64,000 nucleotides of DNA, taken from assembly GCA_051294905.1 (NCBI GenBank), contig CM119371.1, positions 1,614,001 through 1,678,000 of the forward strand, in the 5' to 3' direction. The notes beneath the pieces are model-generated. The model ran no database searches. It was given only the letters and a program-made list of their open reading frames with translations, and was not told where the DNA came from. Position numbers and translations under genes: made by a program. The first letter of the stretch is position 1; each line of letters starts with the position of its first letter. This DNA is from Botryllus schlosseri. Its lineage: Eukaryota. Of this stretch, positions 26,030 through 39,652 are shown piece after piece.

Positions 26030-28350
26030 TTCAATGCTATGTGCATTCCATTGATAGTTCAAGCATCATCATAATATTTCAGTCGACTGATGAAACATCT
26101 TGGTGCAAAGCTCTATAACAGTAATGCGCAAACTTTTTTAAAAACGCTCATTGATAGTGGAAATTATCGCGCCCCTTAGTATCACATTATAAAACTATTA
26201 TCAAGAGCAACAAGAATATTTGCGATCATAATGCATACTTTGATGGCATTTGAGGTTATGACTGTTGAGAGACCTTCCAAAGATGAAATTCAGACTATAG
26301 CCAGGCCAATTACCAGTTGGAGCATGGCCAATGGTTGGAGTGAATCTCGGTGGACGAAAAAAAAATATCGTTGAATAATTTGTCAAGAATAATCATGTCC
26401 TGTCCACGTAGCACGTAGCATATACAATTATACATAGTTTAGAAATTTTGGTGTCAAATGCCTTTTATTTCCTGACTTGGGCTAGGTTCAATCAAAAACC
26501 ATAATTTCTAAAGATCCAAAAGCATTTCACACATGACATCAAAAAGCATGTCACACATGGCGTATCACATGACCTGATTAAGAAAATAATTTATTTCTTC
26601 ATATCGTTGTCTCCTACTACGCACTCTGCACAGATGGCTCACGGACAGACCATAAAAGCATCAGCTAACACATACACGCAAGTTACTCCTAATTCATGGT
26701 CATTCCGATCGTTAGGTTCGGTGTATGGATGGTACGAAGCCATCATGGCATATGATATCGTACTATGATTCGGATTATTGACATTGTTTGAACATGGAAG
26801 TTTCCACACCCATTAAACTCACTCTGAGTTCGAGAAACTCCGCTTTACTCAGGCGGCTTACCGCCCCTTCAGACGCTTTCCCGACCCCGAAAGGGACGCG
26901 TCCTACAAGAATCACAACTGTATGAGAAGTAAGCTGACATTGCCAAATTAACTGTGATTTGGTTTACGACGAGTCGTAAACTCAAATAGCCTATATCATA
27001 TTTCAGAGAACCTTACCGCTAAGTAGTTTTATCAAACTTATCCCCCATACACCACAAGCAGGTTTATGGCACAATACAAGTGGCAACGAAGCTGGGACAC
27101 GCTGCTTTGTCAAAATAAATTTTCCCGCGGGCTTTTGAAATGAAGAATGATATGAAATAATGATTAGGGAAGTTACCAGTGGAAGATTCCAATGAAGAAA
27201 AAACTGCTAAGAACCCGACAAGTATATGTTATCTTACCGATATGAAATTATATTGCACGATACATATTACCGTCCCATCGCTTTAGTTTGCCAATAAACT
27301 GTTTTATGCCTTCGTGAAGCTATGCTAGTACCAGCAGCATAAGTTATCTCATCTTCCATGAATTCTACTAATTGCGCACTGCGCAGTTCCTGTACCAGTC
27401 TGCATATTCGTAACATATATTGCCACTTCAACTGCACGAAAATCGTACAATGCGTTACAGCGCTATGAGAACATCCTGCTATTGCAACTTTTGATTTAAT
27501 ATCGAACACTAAAATGAAGCTCCTGTTATGCATCGAATTCATACTATGCCTGTAAGAAGAGTAATGGATCATTTTATACAATCACAACGTTTTCTGTACC
27601 ATAGTTTTGTTGTGGCTGCGCAATCTCTAAATTGTTTACAACATTGCCTTTTCCAAGTGCTTTCGGCGCGTGAGGCGAAATAAAAGTGATGATTACTTCT
27701 CAGGAGTTCCGCCTGTGACGCATCACTATGGACGAGCTATCTGTCCGCCTAAAAATTATCGTCAATGCAGTGTACATTTCATCGTTACGACAAGTATCAT
27801 GATAATATTTCAGTCGACTGATGGCAGATATCGGTGCCATAGGCTCTATAAGGATTAAGCCGACATTGCCATGTCATTGAGTGTTTATTTTTATACGAGT
27901 CGTGAAATTACATATATCTTAGTTTTGACAAATTTATATGTCATGCATGGTACGCAGGTTGATAGCACATTATATGAGTGGAAACTTGCTGGGACACGCT
28001 ACTTCATGATAATATATTATACTCAGGCTTTTGATTGAAGTGTGATATTAATGAGGAAAGTAGCCAGTGGAAGATTCCATTGAAAAACAACGGCTGCAAA
28101 ACCCTCTCTCTAATGTCATGCTATCTTGTCGATATGTAATTATATTACATAATAAACATTAGCAACACCTCGCTTTAGCTGTCCGCAAACTGTTCTATGT
28201 CTTTGTGACGCTATGTTCATAACAGCGGTATAGGTTGTCCAATCTAGCATAAACAATACTGACTTAACAGTGCCTGTACCAGACTGCATACTCGTCGCAT
28301 ATGCTGTCACTTACTGCACGAAGTTCTGGGATTGCGTTAAATCGCTGCGA
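26030..28350. repeat. Diverged direct tandem duplication (26030-26120 plus 26930-27470 vs 27770-28350)
   Basis: Shared anchors ataatatttcagtcgactgatg, gctgggacacgct, ccagtggaagattcca, tcgctttag, cctgtaccag; first copy interrupted by ~800 bp. Confidence 0.8.
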
Positions 28351-28654
28351 ACGGATTCCTGTGCGGTGTACGAACTCACATGTCTGCATTCTAAACCGAT
28401 ATGACGCGCGAGTCAGCTTGCAATTGCTTCCGCTGTGCAAGTAACCCGATCGTTTCTCCAACTGAGCTTGATAAATATGCATTTCACTACAGACATGCGA
28501 TGCCACGCGCCTAAATAGCGTGACGTGTGTATTCCAAGAATAAATAATCATTTTTGAACTGCATCAATGACGATGCTTCTTAGTTCACAATTCACATATT
28601 CCCGTGCAACCTGATGATCCACGTACGTCGTACACATTCAAAAGATACAGTTCA

Positions 28655-28872
28655 AGGCCATATATCAGTGGGCAGTAGTTTACTTGTATAATCCACAGCT
28701 GCAACGGCAATAGATTGCGGATTCGAGCCCGACCGAGGTCGACTTCAGGATTCATACGTAAGTGTGGAAGTGAACCGTGCTATATAAGTCGGCAGCTACT
28801 GAATAAAAATGAAGGAAATTGGCCTGGTGTAAATGACCAGAGAAGTCGACACACACCATGAATACCACAACA
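28655..28872 (+). mobile_element. tRNA-derived SINE-like element, family S1
   Basis: B-box-like ggattcgagccc at ~28719, then gtcgacttc and the core shared with the 9800 and 43190 copies. Confidence 0.6.
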
Positions 28873-29286
28873 AGGCTATATTGTTTATGGATAATATAAA
28901 TCTATAAACTGTATCACTTTATTCAAAACCATATATACGAGATTTGTTAATGACTTAACGTGAATACGGAACACGTTAGCAGTCTACAGAAAATATTTAC
29001 ATTGGGGGTTTCATGGGTATCTACGATTCTTTTGATGACATATGACTCTCAGATAAATATAAAATGAGATTTATAAAGTATTAATGAAATCAAATTGAAA
29101 GCAAAATAAAAGTCTCTATCAAATCTGCTGTTATTCTTCATCAGAAATATGCATTCGTGGTGTGCTTTGCACTGTATACATACAACGCATGCAACTCATC
29201 TCCTGACTTTCTATGATTCTCATAAGGAAAATACTAGTGAAACGAATTGAAGAATGTCGACTGCATCTAATATCGAAATTTCAGAT

Positions 29287-30482
29287 CAGTCGGGTGGTGA
29301 TGACTTGAGTCATGTCCTGACTCGAGTCGCGATTTTTCAGTGACTAGACTTTTCTCGACTGGATTTGAGGCAATTTGTGTATTGACTCGACTTGTTCTCG
29401 AGTCACTACATATGACTCAACCAAGTCATAAAACTCAGGACTCGGACGGCCTAGACAGGCATTTCGTTGTAACTTCGAAAAATAGTACCCAAAGCTACCT
29501 CGTAATGCTGGCATTAAATATCTACTACACAGAGTTGCAAAATCGGGAGTTGAACAGGATTGAGCTTGAAAATGAACAGGTAACACAATGACTTGGAATC
29601 AGGCTCGAGTCTCAACACTGTGACTAGTGACTAAAACCTTTTTAACCCGGACTATGACACGGACTTGACTCGGTGGTGAATACAAAATGACTCGACTTGA
29701 CTCGAGTCAAAACTAATAAAGTAGTATTGATTATGACTCGGGATCTTGTGACTCGGTCAACCCTGTGATATGGTAATGTTTGAAAGTTCACGACCCAAGC
29801 GCAAAATTGATTGATACGACCTCCAAAAATACTATTGACACGCGGATTTCGAATATATCCGCCAAACAATTTCGAAAAATTAAAAATTCGACACAGTCTA
29901 GCAGCAAAAATAATACCATAAAAATGACCTATTATGGCGTTCCAATCATTCGCTACAAAGCCCGAAATCAATGGCTGTAACTAAGTCACCTGGTTCCAAG
30001 TCACAAGTCAATCTTACTTTTCTGTTATTAATGGAGTCGAGTGATTTTGAATTTATAATCGAGTTAAGTCCAAGTCGTGGTGCAAAGGGTCGCGCCAGAG
30101 TCTAAGTCATTTTGTCCATTGTTCAGTTTCGATGTTAGTCAGTCATGCTCAACCCGATTTTTTACAACTCTGCTCGATTGGTATTGAATGCCTCACATTC
30201 ATAATGCGCTGATTTCTGTCATTCTCAACAATTTCTGACCCCTATTTTGTTGTACAAGTACTGATAGACGTAATAGCAATAATGCCGAACTTTACTATTG
30301 ATCGGGGTTACAATGAAAACGCCCATATTAGCCGTCTAAGTTTCTAGTCTGACTTGGTCGGATCATGCGCAATGACACGAGTACAAGTCGAGTCGATTAA
30401 CAAAAAGGACTAAGTCGAGTCGACTGATTTTCAGTTTTTAAGGAAGTGACTCGAGTAAGGTTGAGTCATCGAACCAACCTTG
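29287..30482. mobile_element. Two adjacent GACTCGAGTC MITE family-A copies (~29287-29765 minus, ~29973-30482 plus)
   Basis: Collinear with the family consensus; ends caaccctg and ggctgtaactaagtcac. Confidence 0.7.
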
Positions 30483-30617
30483 CCAATTTCTAGCGTTATA
30501 TGTTGTCAAATCATGCAGAAACGTACTACGCAGGTTTTAGTAGGTGGTTGTCTATAGAGCCGGAAGAAAACATTAACTTTCAAATGCGTCACACTTCGAC
30601 CCATTTTTTTGGCTTAC

Positions 30618-30952
30618 GGGAAAGGTGCGGGTGTGTTCGGAAACGAGATAGTCGAACATTCTGCCACTGGCAATAGTGCCTTTGTTTGATTTTTTGGCAT
30701 CTCCCTCGAAGCCGTCCATTTGCTCTCGATACTTTTGCTCCACGATCTAGTCTTTCCCACAGATTTTCGGTTTCCTGTGTTTCAGCCTAGGAAGTTTTTC
30801 ACCGCTGACCTCTGCGCAGAAGCTGCCTTGAAACGGAAGTCAAGTTAGATTTGAAGAATCTGCTGCATCATTCGACGAGTCAAATTCCTCCTTTTTTCTT
30901 CTGCTTTGTAGGAAATGTCGCTTCACGCTGATCTTTCTTTCCGAGCGATTTC
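30618..30952 (-). pseudogene. RBM28: RBM28/Nop4-like C-terminal exon remnant
   Basis: Acceptor tcttctag|, donor |gtaagc; basic low-complexity translation with LPRLKHRKPKICGKD resembling RBM28 LPSHRGPKIRLRD; internal stops. Confidence 0.45.
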
Positions 30953-31675
30953 CTAGAAGATAGGAATCGGTTGATTTGACCGGGAAAAATAGCCGCAGTA
31001 TCACAGATAATTGATTGACTTAAAAATATCTGAATCATAATTCAAATGCTTTGAGTCGAGTATTGAGAGACGATTTTTACGAGCACTGATATTATAACCT
31101 CGTTGCTACTATAGAATTGATTAACCGATTGGCACTGGCAGTTTTCTCCAAAAATTTTGCTGCATTTTTCAAAACTGAAAAACACGACACCAATGGCATG
31201 CAAAATGGGATACATCGTTAGACTCAGAATGTCAACGCCTAACCCACTAAACCACGAAGCGAGACGGGAGCAGGTCAACCACCCGTGTATATAATCGAGA
31301 AGACTAGAAAACTTTTCTGTAAAAATGGACATGTTTTGGTTACTTCCTTATGGAGTCCACTACGAATACCTAGCGCTAATTTGTACCTGCTGTTCACTGC
31401 AACACAGATAACATCTTTCGAACAAGGCACGACTGACCGATTTCGCTCAACTTATGCAATCGATACTATAGAGCGTTTGTCCGTAAACCGCAGTCTGATT
31501 CATGCATCAGTCAGGCATTTAATATGAAGTAGAGCCGGCATTATATTCTTTCTACTCATGGCATGTACATATTTGCACTTCCAACATTTTCCATGCTGTT
31601 ATGATAAACATACTCATGAACACAACGGGGATATTGTCAGTGGCCATCAAATCTCACAAAACATCATGTTTCAAT

Positions 31676-32978
31676 CAGGGCCGTAACAGCACTTCGTCAG
31701 CCCCCCCCCCAAAACGCTGGTCTGGGGCCCCCCATATGATGATAACGAAGCCCCCCAGACCCCCCTCAGGCAATACGCTGTTGATTACCGCTACTTATCA
31801 TCTGCATTGGGGGCAATTTGCTGAGTAACCTTTTGGGGCTTAAACGCGCGAAATTTTTCATGATTGATGATTAAATCGGTCAATATGATCGGAATTGCAA
31901 ATATATTTCTATAAATTTTTACCCTCTCTCTGCTGACGTAATTAGATTTACAGGTAGAGCTGAGTGAGGTGTGTTTGAAAGGGTAGGACCTCTCAATAAT
32001 CTAACATCTTCGGCCGTATACCCGAAAGGTAGAAACGGGGCAGGAACGAAACAGCACTTCGTCAGCCCCCCCCCCTAAAACAATTGGTCTTGATCTCCCA
32101 TAGGGTGATATTCATACCCCCAATCACGTTGTTTGCTTTTGCCACGAAAAGAGACGTACTGTCTAGTGAGCCAGCGTGAAGCGCGAAAAGTTTTGATAAT
32201 TCATGATAAAATCGGTCAGTAAGATCGGGAATTGCATAGCCTATATATTGCTATCAATTTATTGTCCTCTCTGCTCACATAGGCTACTCATATTTACCTG
32301 TAGAGCTGCGTGAGGTGTCTTGAAAACTGTAGGGCCCGTTGCTATGACTCCGTAACATGATGTTATTTCGTGACCTCTGTCTGCTATATCAAAAAATATA
32401 GAATCGCCCAAACGTAGACTACTAATCTAAAAGACGCACACGATTTCAAATTGGTATTTATTCACTGGAATATAATTTTTCCCTGCGGGACCGGGATGGT
32501 ATTTGTCTCGTGAGGTTCAGATGGCCAACACAGTAACATTCGACGCCAGTCATAGGCGCCCATGGACAATTAAACCTACATGTATTTTTGTATATATAAC
32601 GAAGTTTTCAGTCAGCATAAGGGCAGTCCTTTTCGGCCAAGGTTTTTTCGCTGCCGATCGTTCTGGCACATTTCTTGGAGTCGCACATTACATGGCCTAA
32701 AACTTTATATGTCTTGGTGCATCTTGGCGTGGTATTGGCCAGCGCCGATATGCCCATTTCTATAAAATTTGCGAATTTCTTTTTTTTTTGGGGGGGGGGC
32801 AAAAGTCAAGATATTTGGCAACTTGAAATCGCGTATGGCGCGAAAAAAAATTCAGAGAGTTGCAAATTTTTTTAAAAAGTACTCTATAATTTATGCTAAT
32901 TCACGAAATAATTTTGGGTTCCCGTCTAGCTCGCCCCCCCCCCATTGGGGGGTTTGGGGTGTGGCAGTTACGGTCCTG
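31676..32978. mobile_element. Non-autonomous hAT-type element with an internal ~300-bp duplication
   Basis: TIR cagggccgtaac / gttacggtcctg; perfect TSD gtttcaat; ~31685-31990 repeated at ~32050-32335. Confidence 0.9.
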
Positions 32979-33689
32979 GTTTCAATCATGAGTGACAGCA
33001 TCTCAAAATCTATTGGGTGGCCTACAAGTTCTAAATACCATTAAGAGTGTATTGTCTCACATACTTTTTCAGGCCTCACTGAGTATGATATTATTGGCTG
33101 GTACGCCAATTTGTACAAGCTACCAGTCTAGTTAGTCGCCGGTTAAGTAACAACTGTTTTTTTGACTAGTTCTAGTTAGACATTTTGAAAAGTGTGTGGT
33201 TTTAGTTCAGTAGTTCATTAAATAGTTGCCAGCATCTAGAAAACACGCGTCATCATTTGGCATAAATCTTCATGTAAACCTCAGAGACCTCATTACTACA
33301 GAGACTGACGTAGCCGGGTTGTTTGGGGTTGAAAGCCTTCCCATTATACGCAGAAACCTTATATTAGAAGTGACAATTCTGCATCCTATATTACTCATCT
33401 TGTTTGCGATTCAGTAATTTGAGTCATCAGTGCTGCCAATTATCGACAATCGACAGTGCATAGCGGCATGCGATCTAGTTGTTAGTTGCAGATCTTCTAT
33501 GGTCGAAGTACACGTCACCGATCTCGAACACCCAGCAGTTTGTAAAAGTCTGTTGGTATATATTATTTTAGTAAGTGGTGGTGTGTTTTATCCTCATTGG
33601 CCGAATGATTAGGATCAAGTGTTGTAAAGGTAAATGAGATCTGAAAATGAAACTGAAAACAAGTAAAGTTTAATTCAAAGTCACAAAAT

Positions 33690-33950
33690 GTCCGGTTTAC
33701 TTGAAGCTTTACTTGCTTTCCAATGTAAATCAACTCTGGGCTTGGGCATTTTGATCGTTCCAAAGATACCAGAACTGTTATTAAAACTCTTCGAAGCTTT
33801 TAAAGCGTTCTCATGCTTGGTGAAGTTTATGAATGCGTATCCGAGCGGTTTTCCGATTCCATCTTTGCTGAAAGTCTTCAGATCTCGCATCTCTTGAGAA
33901 TCCGTGACAACTACGCCGCGTCGATGTTTGAATTGGGACAGGAGAAGCTC
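33690..33950 (-). pseudogene. RBM28: RBM28-like RRM4 exon (copy 1), frameshifted near its end
   Basis: Acceptor gttttcag|; ELLL...MRDLK....GKPLGYAFINFTKHENALKA...NN...IFG matches RBM28 MRDLK...SLGYAFAEFQEHEHALKAL...NNNPEIFG; the following VEFSLE-like motif is out of frame. Confidence 0.8.
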
Positions 33951-34616
33951 CTGAAAACATAACGAAATCAGTTTATTGAAGTAGGCCTACTCTTCATAGA
34001 GTGAATGAGTTAGTCACACAAAACTGCTACAAACAAAATATAGAACAGCGATTCTCTACCTTATCAGCCTGTGTACTGGTAAATTTCCCAAAATTAAGGT
34101 CAACACAGAATGTAATGACGACAACAGCATGCAATTTAAAACCAAGAACATGAATTTCAATTAAATGAGAAATTTTATACTGTCCGTTTGATATCATACC
34201 TGTTATACCAGGTCTCATTAAAGATTCTAGAAGAAGGGATAAAACCAACAACTCACTTTTGACCGTTTGGTGTATTTTGAAAAAAATGCGACTAAATGCT
34301 TACCAGATGTACCATACTGGTGAACATTGCTAAATAGCATTTACGAATTTCGTCAAATTTTGGAAAGTCTTTATGACTCATGACTGGTCTCACACGAGTT
34401 GTAGGCTTAAAAAAGGTTAAGAACCACTGCTCTAGTCATTTTTGTATACTGACTTGACGATAACACTTCATAGAACACACACATATTTCAGCACCGAAGT
34501 CGTGTCCAGTAATTCTCAGTTAACCGATAGACTTGTGTCATAGCTATGGAGCAAAATTACATGACAGATCGAATACTCTCCAGTGATGCTACTTTTTCCA
34601 GGTTTTTATGCAGGAA

Positions 34617-35459
34617 CAGTGGTTCTCAACTTTAACTAACCAGGTGAACTGTTACATTTATCTGAAAGCATTTGGAGAGCCCCATATTTCCGTCACAAAG
34701 TCACAAAAAACCTACCACCTTACACATCTAAATACACCTTTTCAGAATACTGGTTCACTATATCAACTGTGCGTTACCATCAGTGTTGAAGTAAAAAATC
34801 CTTTAAACATGATCATCACTGAAAATATATTACAGTAAATCATTTCGACTTGTGCTGTATGAGTCGGGTGTGTTTTGACTTCCGGTGAACCCTGAGATTG
34901 GCTCAGCATGACGTGGACAACTAGATCATTTTGGTTGTCTGATTACACTAATTAGAGGAAATTGTCGGTAATCTAATTCTAACAGAATTCGTGAAAAGTT
35001 TGTTTGCTCTAATTCTAATTCTAATTTCTGGTCTTTCCGAAAATGCTACAGGGGAACTGTAGCATGCGAAACGAGCCGGGCATAGTGTGCAGACATTTGT
35101 CAGTCTCATGCTTATGAGACTGAGGTCTGATCTGATATGAACTGGACTTCATTCCACGTCCAAGTTTTTGCGAATTGAGTAATTCTAATACAATCTAATT
35201 TGGAACAACTGTGTAACTGTGTGACTTTAAGCCTGGTGTAATTTGGGAAAATACTGTCTAGTTATAATTCGGATTCTAGTCTAAATTAGAAAAATATCTG
35301 TGCAGCTATAACTCTAATTCTAACCTAATTTGTAAAAATACTGTACAGCAACCATTCTAATTCCAAATTTAATTTCTAAAAGCTGAACATAATCTAGTTG
35401 TCCAAGTCTGGCTCATAGAACCCCTGGTGTTATCGTGTGAACCCGGTTAGGAACCACTG
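34617..35459. mobile_element. Degraded hAT-type MITE containing an (aattct)n-rich insert
   Basis: cagtggttctcaac ... gttaggaaccactg ends; no clear TSD; the 3' part is duplicated at ~48770-48965. Confidence 0.5.
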
Positions 35460-35506
35460 CTCCAAGTTAAATACAAAGCATGCTCATAGTTGTGATTCTG
35501 ACATAC

Positions 35507-35691
35507 CTTCAACTTTTTAATTTCCACACTTCTAGGAAGATCGTCAAAAATAAGTGAAGTTGTAGAGAAAAAAAAAAACATTAGAAGTGTGTCTGTCTGT
35601 TTGGCCCGTTTTGCATTGTCGATCTTTTCACGTTTCTTCCATTCTATTGCGTTAAGACCGTCCGAGGCGTGTGTTCCTACACGGAAAACTA
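35507..35691 (-). pseudogene. RBM28: RBM28-like linker/RRM4-start exon (copy 1)
   Basis: FRVGTHASDGLNAIEWKKREKIDNAKRAK...STTSLIFDDLPRSVEIKKLK matches RBM28 [29 protein letters not shown]...[20 protein letters not shown]; donor |gtatgt. Confidence 0.78.
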
Positions 35692-35877
35692 CTGTCGGTC
35701 GCTGTAGTCAGGATTGCAATTTACTACAATTGCTAATCGGAGGTGGCTATTTTCGAAGTATATTCTCGATTATAGCAAAATGATTCATGACACTATCACA
35801 CAATACCAAGGTAGCGGCAAAAATTAGCGGCAAAAATTAGCCATAAAGGTTGAGAACCACTGGACGATGATGTCCAG

Positions 35878-36481
35878 TAGGGTGGTTCAAAAATAACTGA
35901 TTTTCCGGGGATTAACTGATTAAATTGTTAGGTTGCATAAAAAAATGCTTCGCGTTAAATTTGGCTCGATTCCAACCAATGAAAGCTGACGCAGACTCAA
36001 TTCAATTTTTTTAATTTATGAGGAAAACTAAAAAATAAATTTTGAAATTTTACTCTCAACCCTATAAAATTGTTAAGTTGCCTAAATGAACGACGTGTAA
36101 CAATTTTTGGCTCGATTCCAACGGGTAAAAGCGAAGTTATTACAGTTGAAATTTTAGATTTGCAAACATACCATTGACGGCGGGAAAACCCAGAATTATG
36201 AATGAAAAAGTCAAATAACTTTGTTTCTACGTCTTGGAGTAGCGTCAAATTTTTTTTTCATCGTTTTCTTAGACAACTCAACAATTCCATGAGGTTTACA
36301 GACAAATTTGAAAAAAAAAAAATTGATTCATACTTTTAATAAATTTCAATTGTCTCTGTGTCGGCCTCTACTGGTAAGAATTCAGCAAAATTTGGTGTGC
36401 AGCGTTTTTTTTTAGGCAAAAGAACAATTTAATTAGAGGATGCCCGGGATCCTGAAAAAAAGTTATTTTTGAACAACCCTA
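35878..36481. mobile_element. Foldback-type MITE related to 50859-51458
   Basis: TIR tagggtggttcaaaaataac / gttatttttgaacaacccta; shared internal ttccaacc motifs. Confidence 0.7.
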
Positions 36482-36864
36482 ATGATTAGTCATACGGGAA
36501 CTATACCACTTGGATATTATGATGATTCATATGATACAAATGTATCGGAACATTACTTTGATAAAATGTGTTATTCAATAGTGTATTATGCCGTGCCATG
36601 CCTAAGACTGCATTGCAGGACTGCAAAATATACTACGATTTTAAATCTCAATTTCAGAAACGGAACAAGTTGTACGCCAACTCATTAGGTATTGAATTGA
36701 TTTAGAAATTTGGAGCGAATTTTCCACATTGTGTCATGACACCGTTCATGACCTGCTTTCGATTTGGCATGCATCACAATTCACAATGCTGCAATTGCTG
36801 TACCATACTGTTTAAAAGTAGCCTACCCTACAACTGGTTCAAGGATATTTACATGTAAAACTTA

Positions 36865-37249
36865 AAGCTGTGACCAAGTTACAAGGTCCCGAGTCACAAG
36901 TCCAATAAACTGTTAGGCTATAACTTCGACTCAAGTCAAGTCAAATCATTTCCAATTCACCACCGAATCAAGACCGACTCCACGTCACGGAGCAATGCGC
37001 CGAGTCTGAGTCATTGTGTTAAAACTCGGGTCCGAGTCCAAGTGATTGTGTTTATTATGCAGTAAGAGTTAAATCAGGTTGAACTCTTGGGTGATATCTT
37101 GGGTCGACTCATGCGCAAAGACTCTAGTACAAGTCGCGTCAAAACAGAAATTGTCTCGAGTCGAAGTAAGTCATTTTGCGTTTTTAAGAAAATAACTTCA
37201 GTCAAGTTGAGTTAAACGAATAATTGTGACTCGAGTCATTGCAATCCTG
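36865..37249 (+). mobile_element. GACTCGAGTC MITE family A, degraded
   Basis: Family motifs caattcaccaccga, gactcgagtcattgcaatcctg. Confidence 0.65.
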
Positions 37250-37608
37250 CCAAAACCTAAGAAGACTTGTTAAGAATTGTTATTTTTTTACTGTCCTATT
37301 TGGAGACATCTGAGAGTATGAACAAGTCCAGCCCACAACAAGGTTGCAATAATTTGAAAAAAAAATCAAAGAATAAAGGGATTTTAACGGGACTTAATGC
37401 CTTACGGTGACTTCAATAGAATCAAAATGGCACTAGCAACTTTCTGATTATATTGAACTTTCAGATATCCATTTTTAAGTTGCACGCAATTGCCTTGAAT
37501 ACATGTTGGTATGATTTCTATTTTTGATGACTGGTCTGGAGTACCAGCACAACAACACTGACAAGATTGAACTGAATATTGGCTCTCAAGTATCTGGTCG
37601 TACCATAC

Positions 37609-37693
37609 CTTCGTTGCGGAGGTTCAAATTCCTTTTGTCATTCATTTCATTCTTTTGCTTCTTCTGTTGACCGATCATTCCGTTCGGGAATTC
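37609..37693 (-). pseudogene. RBM28: RBM28-like post-RRM3 exon (copy 1)
   Basis: ...QQKKQKNEMNDKRNLNLRNEG resembles RBM28 TRNLYLAREG; acceptor catttcag|, donor |gtatgg. Confidence 0.65.
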
Positions 37694-37756
37694 CTGAAAT
37701 GGCAGTCAACCGCATGGTCAAAGCCAGACTTGAACAAATTCCCAGTCTAGTTAGGG

Positions 37757-38727
37757 CAGGGGTGGGCAAACTTTTGAGCTCGCGGGCCGCATTCGATATC
37801 TTAATCCATTCGCGGGCCGCACTATATAAAATTGGGACTATACACCAAAACACAGTACTGGTATTTGATTATATCATATAGTGATGACATGGAGATAATA
37901 TATATGCTTATTCAATGCAAACCTAACATTATACTTTGATGATATCGGACAAGCGTGAGAAACAGTGGCGAGATTTCATAGGCTGGTCGACCTCAATAAC
38001 CAATTTGTCGGTTGTCCCAATTCTTTGAACAGGATTGAAATTTGAATCTGTGAGCAGCGATCTGTTCATAGATTTACCAATTCCACTTTTGGTACAGTTC
38101 CAGGGCACACAATGCTGACAGCATCATAACCATGTTAGCTTCAAACACGCTTCTACTATGTGTAGACAAAATATAAATGCCCTAATTGTACGTATACAGA
38201 GAACGAATCTACTTAAGACACGCGCGAATCATTATTATAAGCACACCACTGAAATATTTAAAACTAAACTGGTCAATCTGAAATCACACTCGTGATCCGA
38301 ATTATGTCAATGTCGTTTAGGATTTCTGTGATGTTTACCAGTTGAAACCTTGTAAACTGCGTGGGCCTTGAGATCGGGCTGTCACGCCAGAAATTGAACA
38401 TAAAAGTAATATAGGAAGTACGTACCCTAGAATCGTATGTAAATCGCACGGAGCGCGAGAAAAATTTCAGTTGAGTTCAGCTTCGCGTCCCCTTCAGATG
38501 CTTTGACGACCCCCAAGGCGGGTGCGCCCCTCCGTTTGACAACCACTGTCTTAGAATTATTATGGTGAAATATACTAAGAAAAAGGTTAATCAAGTCCCT
38601 GCATTAATTCGATTTTTGGTACGCATTTTATCAATATTTTTGATAAGTTTCTTTAGACTCTCGCGGGCCGCACAGAACGGTGTCGAGGGCCGCATGCGGC
38701 CCGCGGGCCGTAGTTTGCCCACCCCTG
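37757..38727. mobile_element. Non-autonomous hAT (Charlie/Buster-like) element
   Basis: TIR caggggtgggcaaact / agtttgcccacccctg; perfect TSD agttaggg; gcgggccg subterminal motifs. Confidence 0.93.
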
Positions 38728-38753
38728 AGTTAGGGTATTTTGTTGTTCTAAAT

Positions 38754-39199
38754 CAGTGGTTCCCAACCTTTTTCGACCCATCGCCCCCTTTTCAAGGTCA
38801 ACACCGATCATCGCCCCCCAAATTTTGTGCACCGACAATTGGGCACACAGACTGTAATGACCGGCGGGTTAACTAAAAAAAAAAAAAAGGTCCTCTTTCT
38901 CCGCCCAGAGCTGAAAATAACGTTTTTTCGCTCCGCATCTCTAGGTGGATGACTAAAAAAAAAAAAAAAAGTCAGCCGTTTTTACGCGTCATCGCCCCCC
39001 TATCGCCCCCTTCGCTATTTTCGCCCCCCATCGCCCTTTTTGTCCATTTTCGCCCCCCTGTCGCCCCCTTCGCTATTTTCGCCCCCCATCGCCCCCTTTG
39101 TCCATTTTCGCCCCCCTGTCGCCCCCTTCGTGATTTTCGCCCCCCTGGATCGCCAAATCTCCCCCTGGGGGGCGATATCGCCCACGTTGGGAACCACTG
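38754..39199. mobile_element. hAT-type MITE with internal (tcgccccc) tandem array
   Basis: TIR cagtggttcccaac / gttgggaaccactg; TSD ttctaaat/ttataaat (7/8); ~58-bp higher-order repeat at ~38990-39150. Confidence 0.88.
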
Positions 39200-39652
39200 T
39201 TATAAATGATTTCGAAAAGTGAGTAGTTCTAGTTGTGTATCTTAAATATAATTCAGTTGTAAAACAACCAGAAAGCAACTGTTATCGTTCCGTGTTTTGT
39301 TTGTTGTTATGTGTTATTGCAGCCCTCGCTAGGTCAGAGTCATAGCTTCTGACAGTGGCGTGACCAGGGGTTGGTTTTGTGGGTACAACCTCTCATTCAA
39401 GCTTGAAACACTTGCCTTTAGAAATGCCGCTTCTATCTCCAATATTTCTCAGCTCATTTGCAATTCAGTAGTTTAATTAATTTGTAATTATTAGCTGTTT
39501 TAATTAGGATTGCTTAAGAAGTTGTTTATAGATTTGTTGAAGCTGCGAGTTTAGCAACGTCAGTACATATTTTGCAAACCCAATAGTTTGTACAAGTCTG
39601 GCTGCAGCACCGAAATAGTGGATCAAAATTAATCATGGATGCAACTACATAC

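Noticed and set aside
28655..28740. tRNA gene
   Set aside because: Only a B-box-like motif, no cloverleaf; it is the head of a SINE-like repeat.
38949..39278. Pro-rich and Gly-rich ORFs
   Set aside because: Translations of the tcgccccc tandem array in a MITE.
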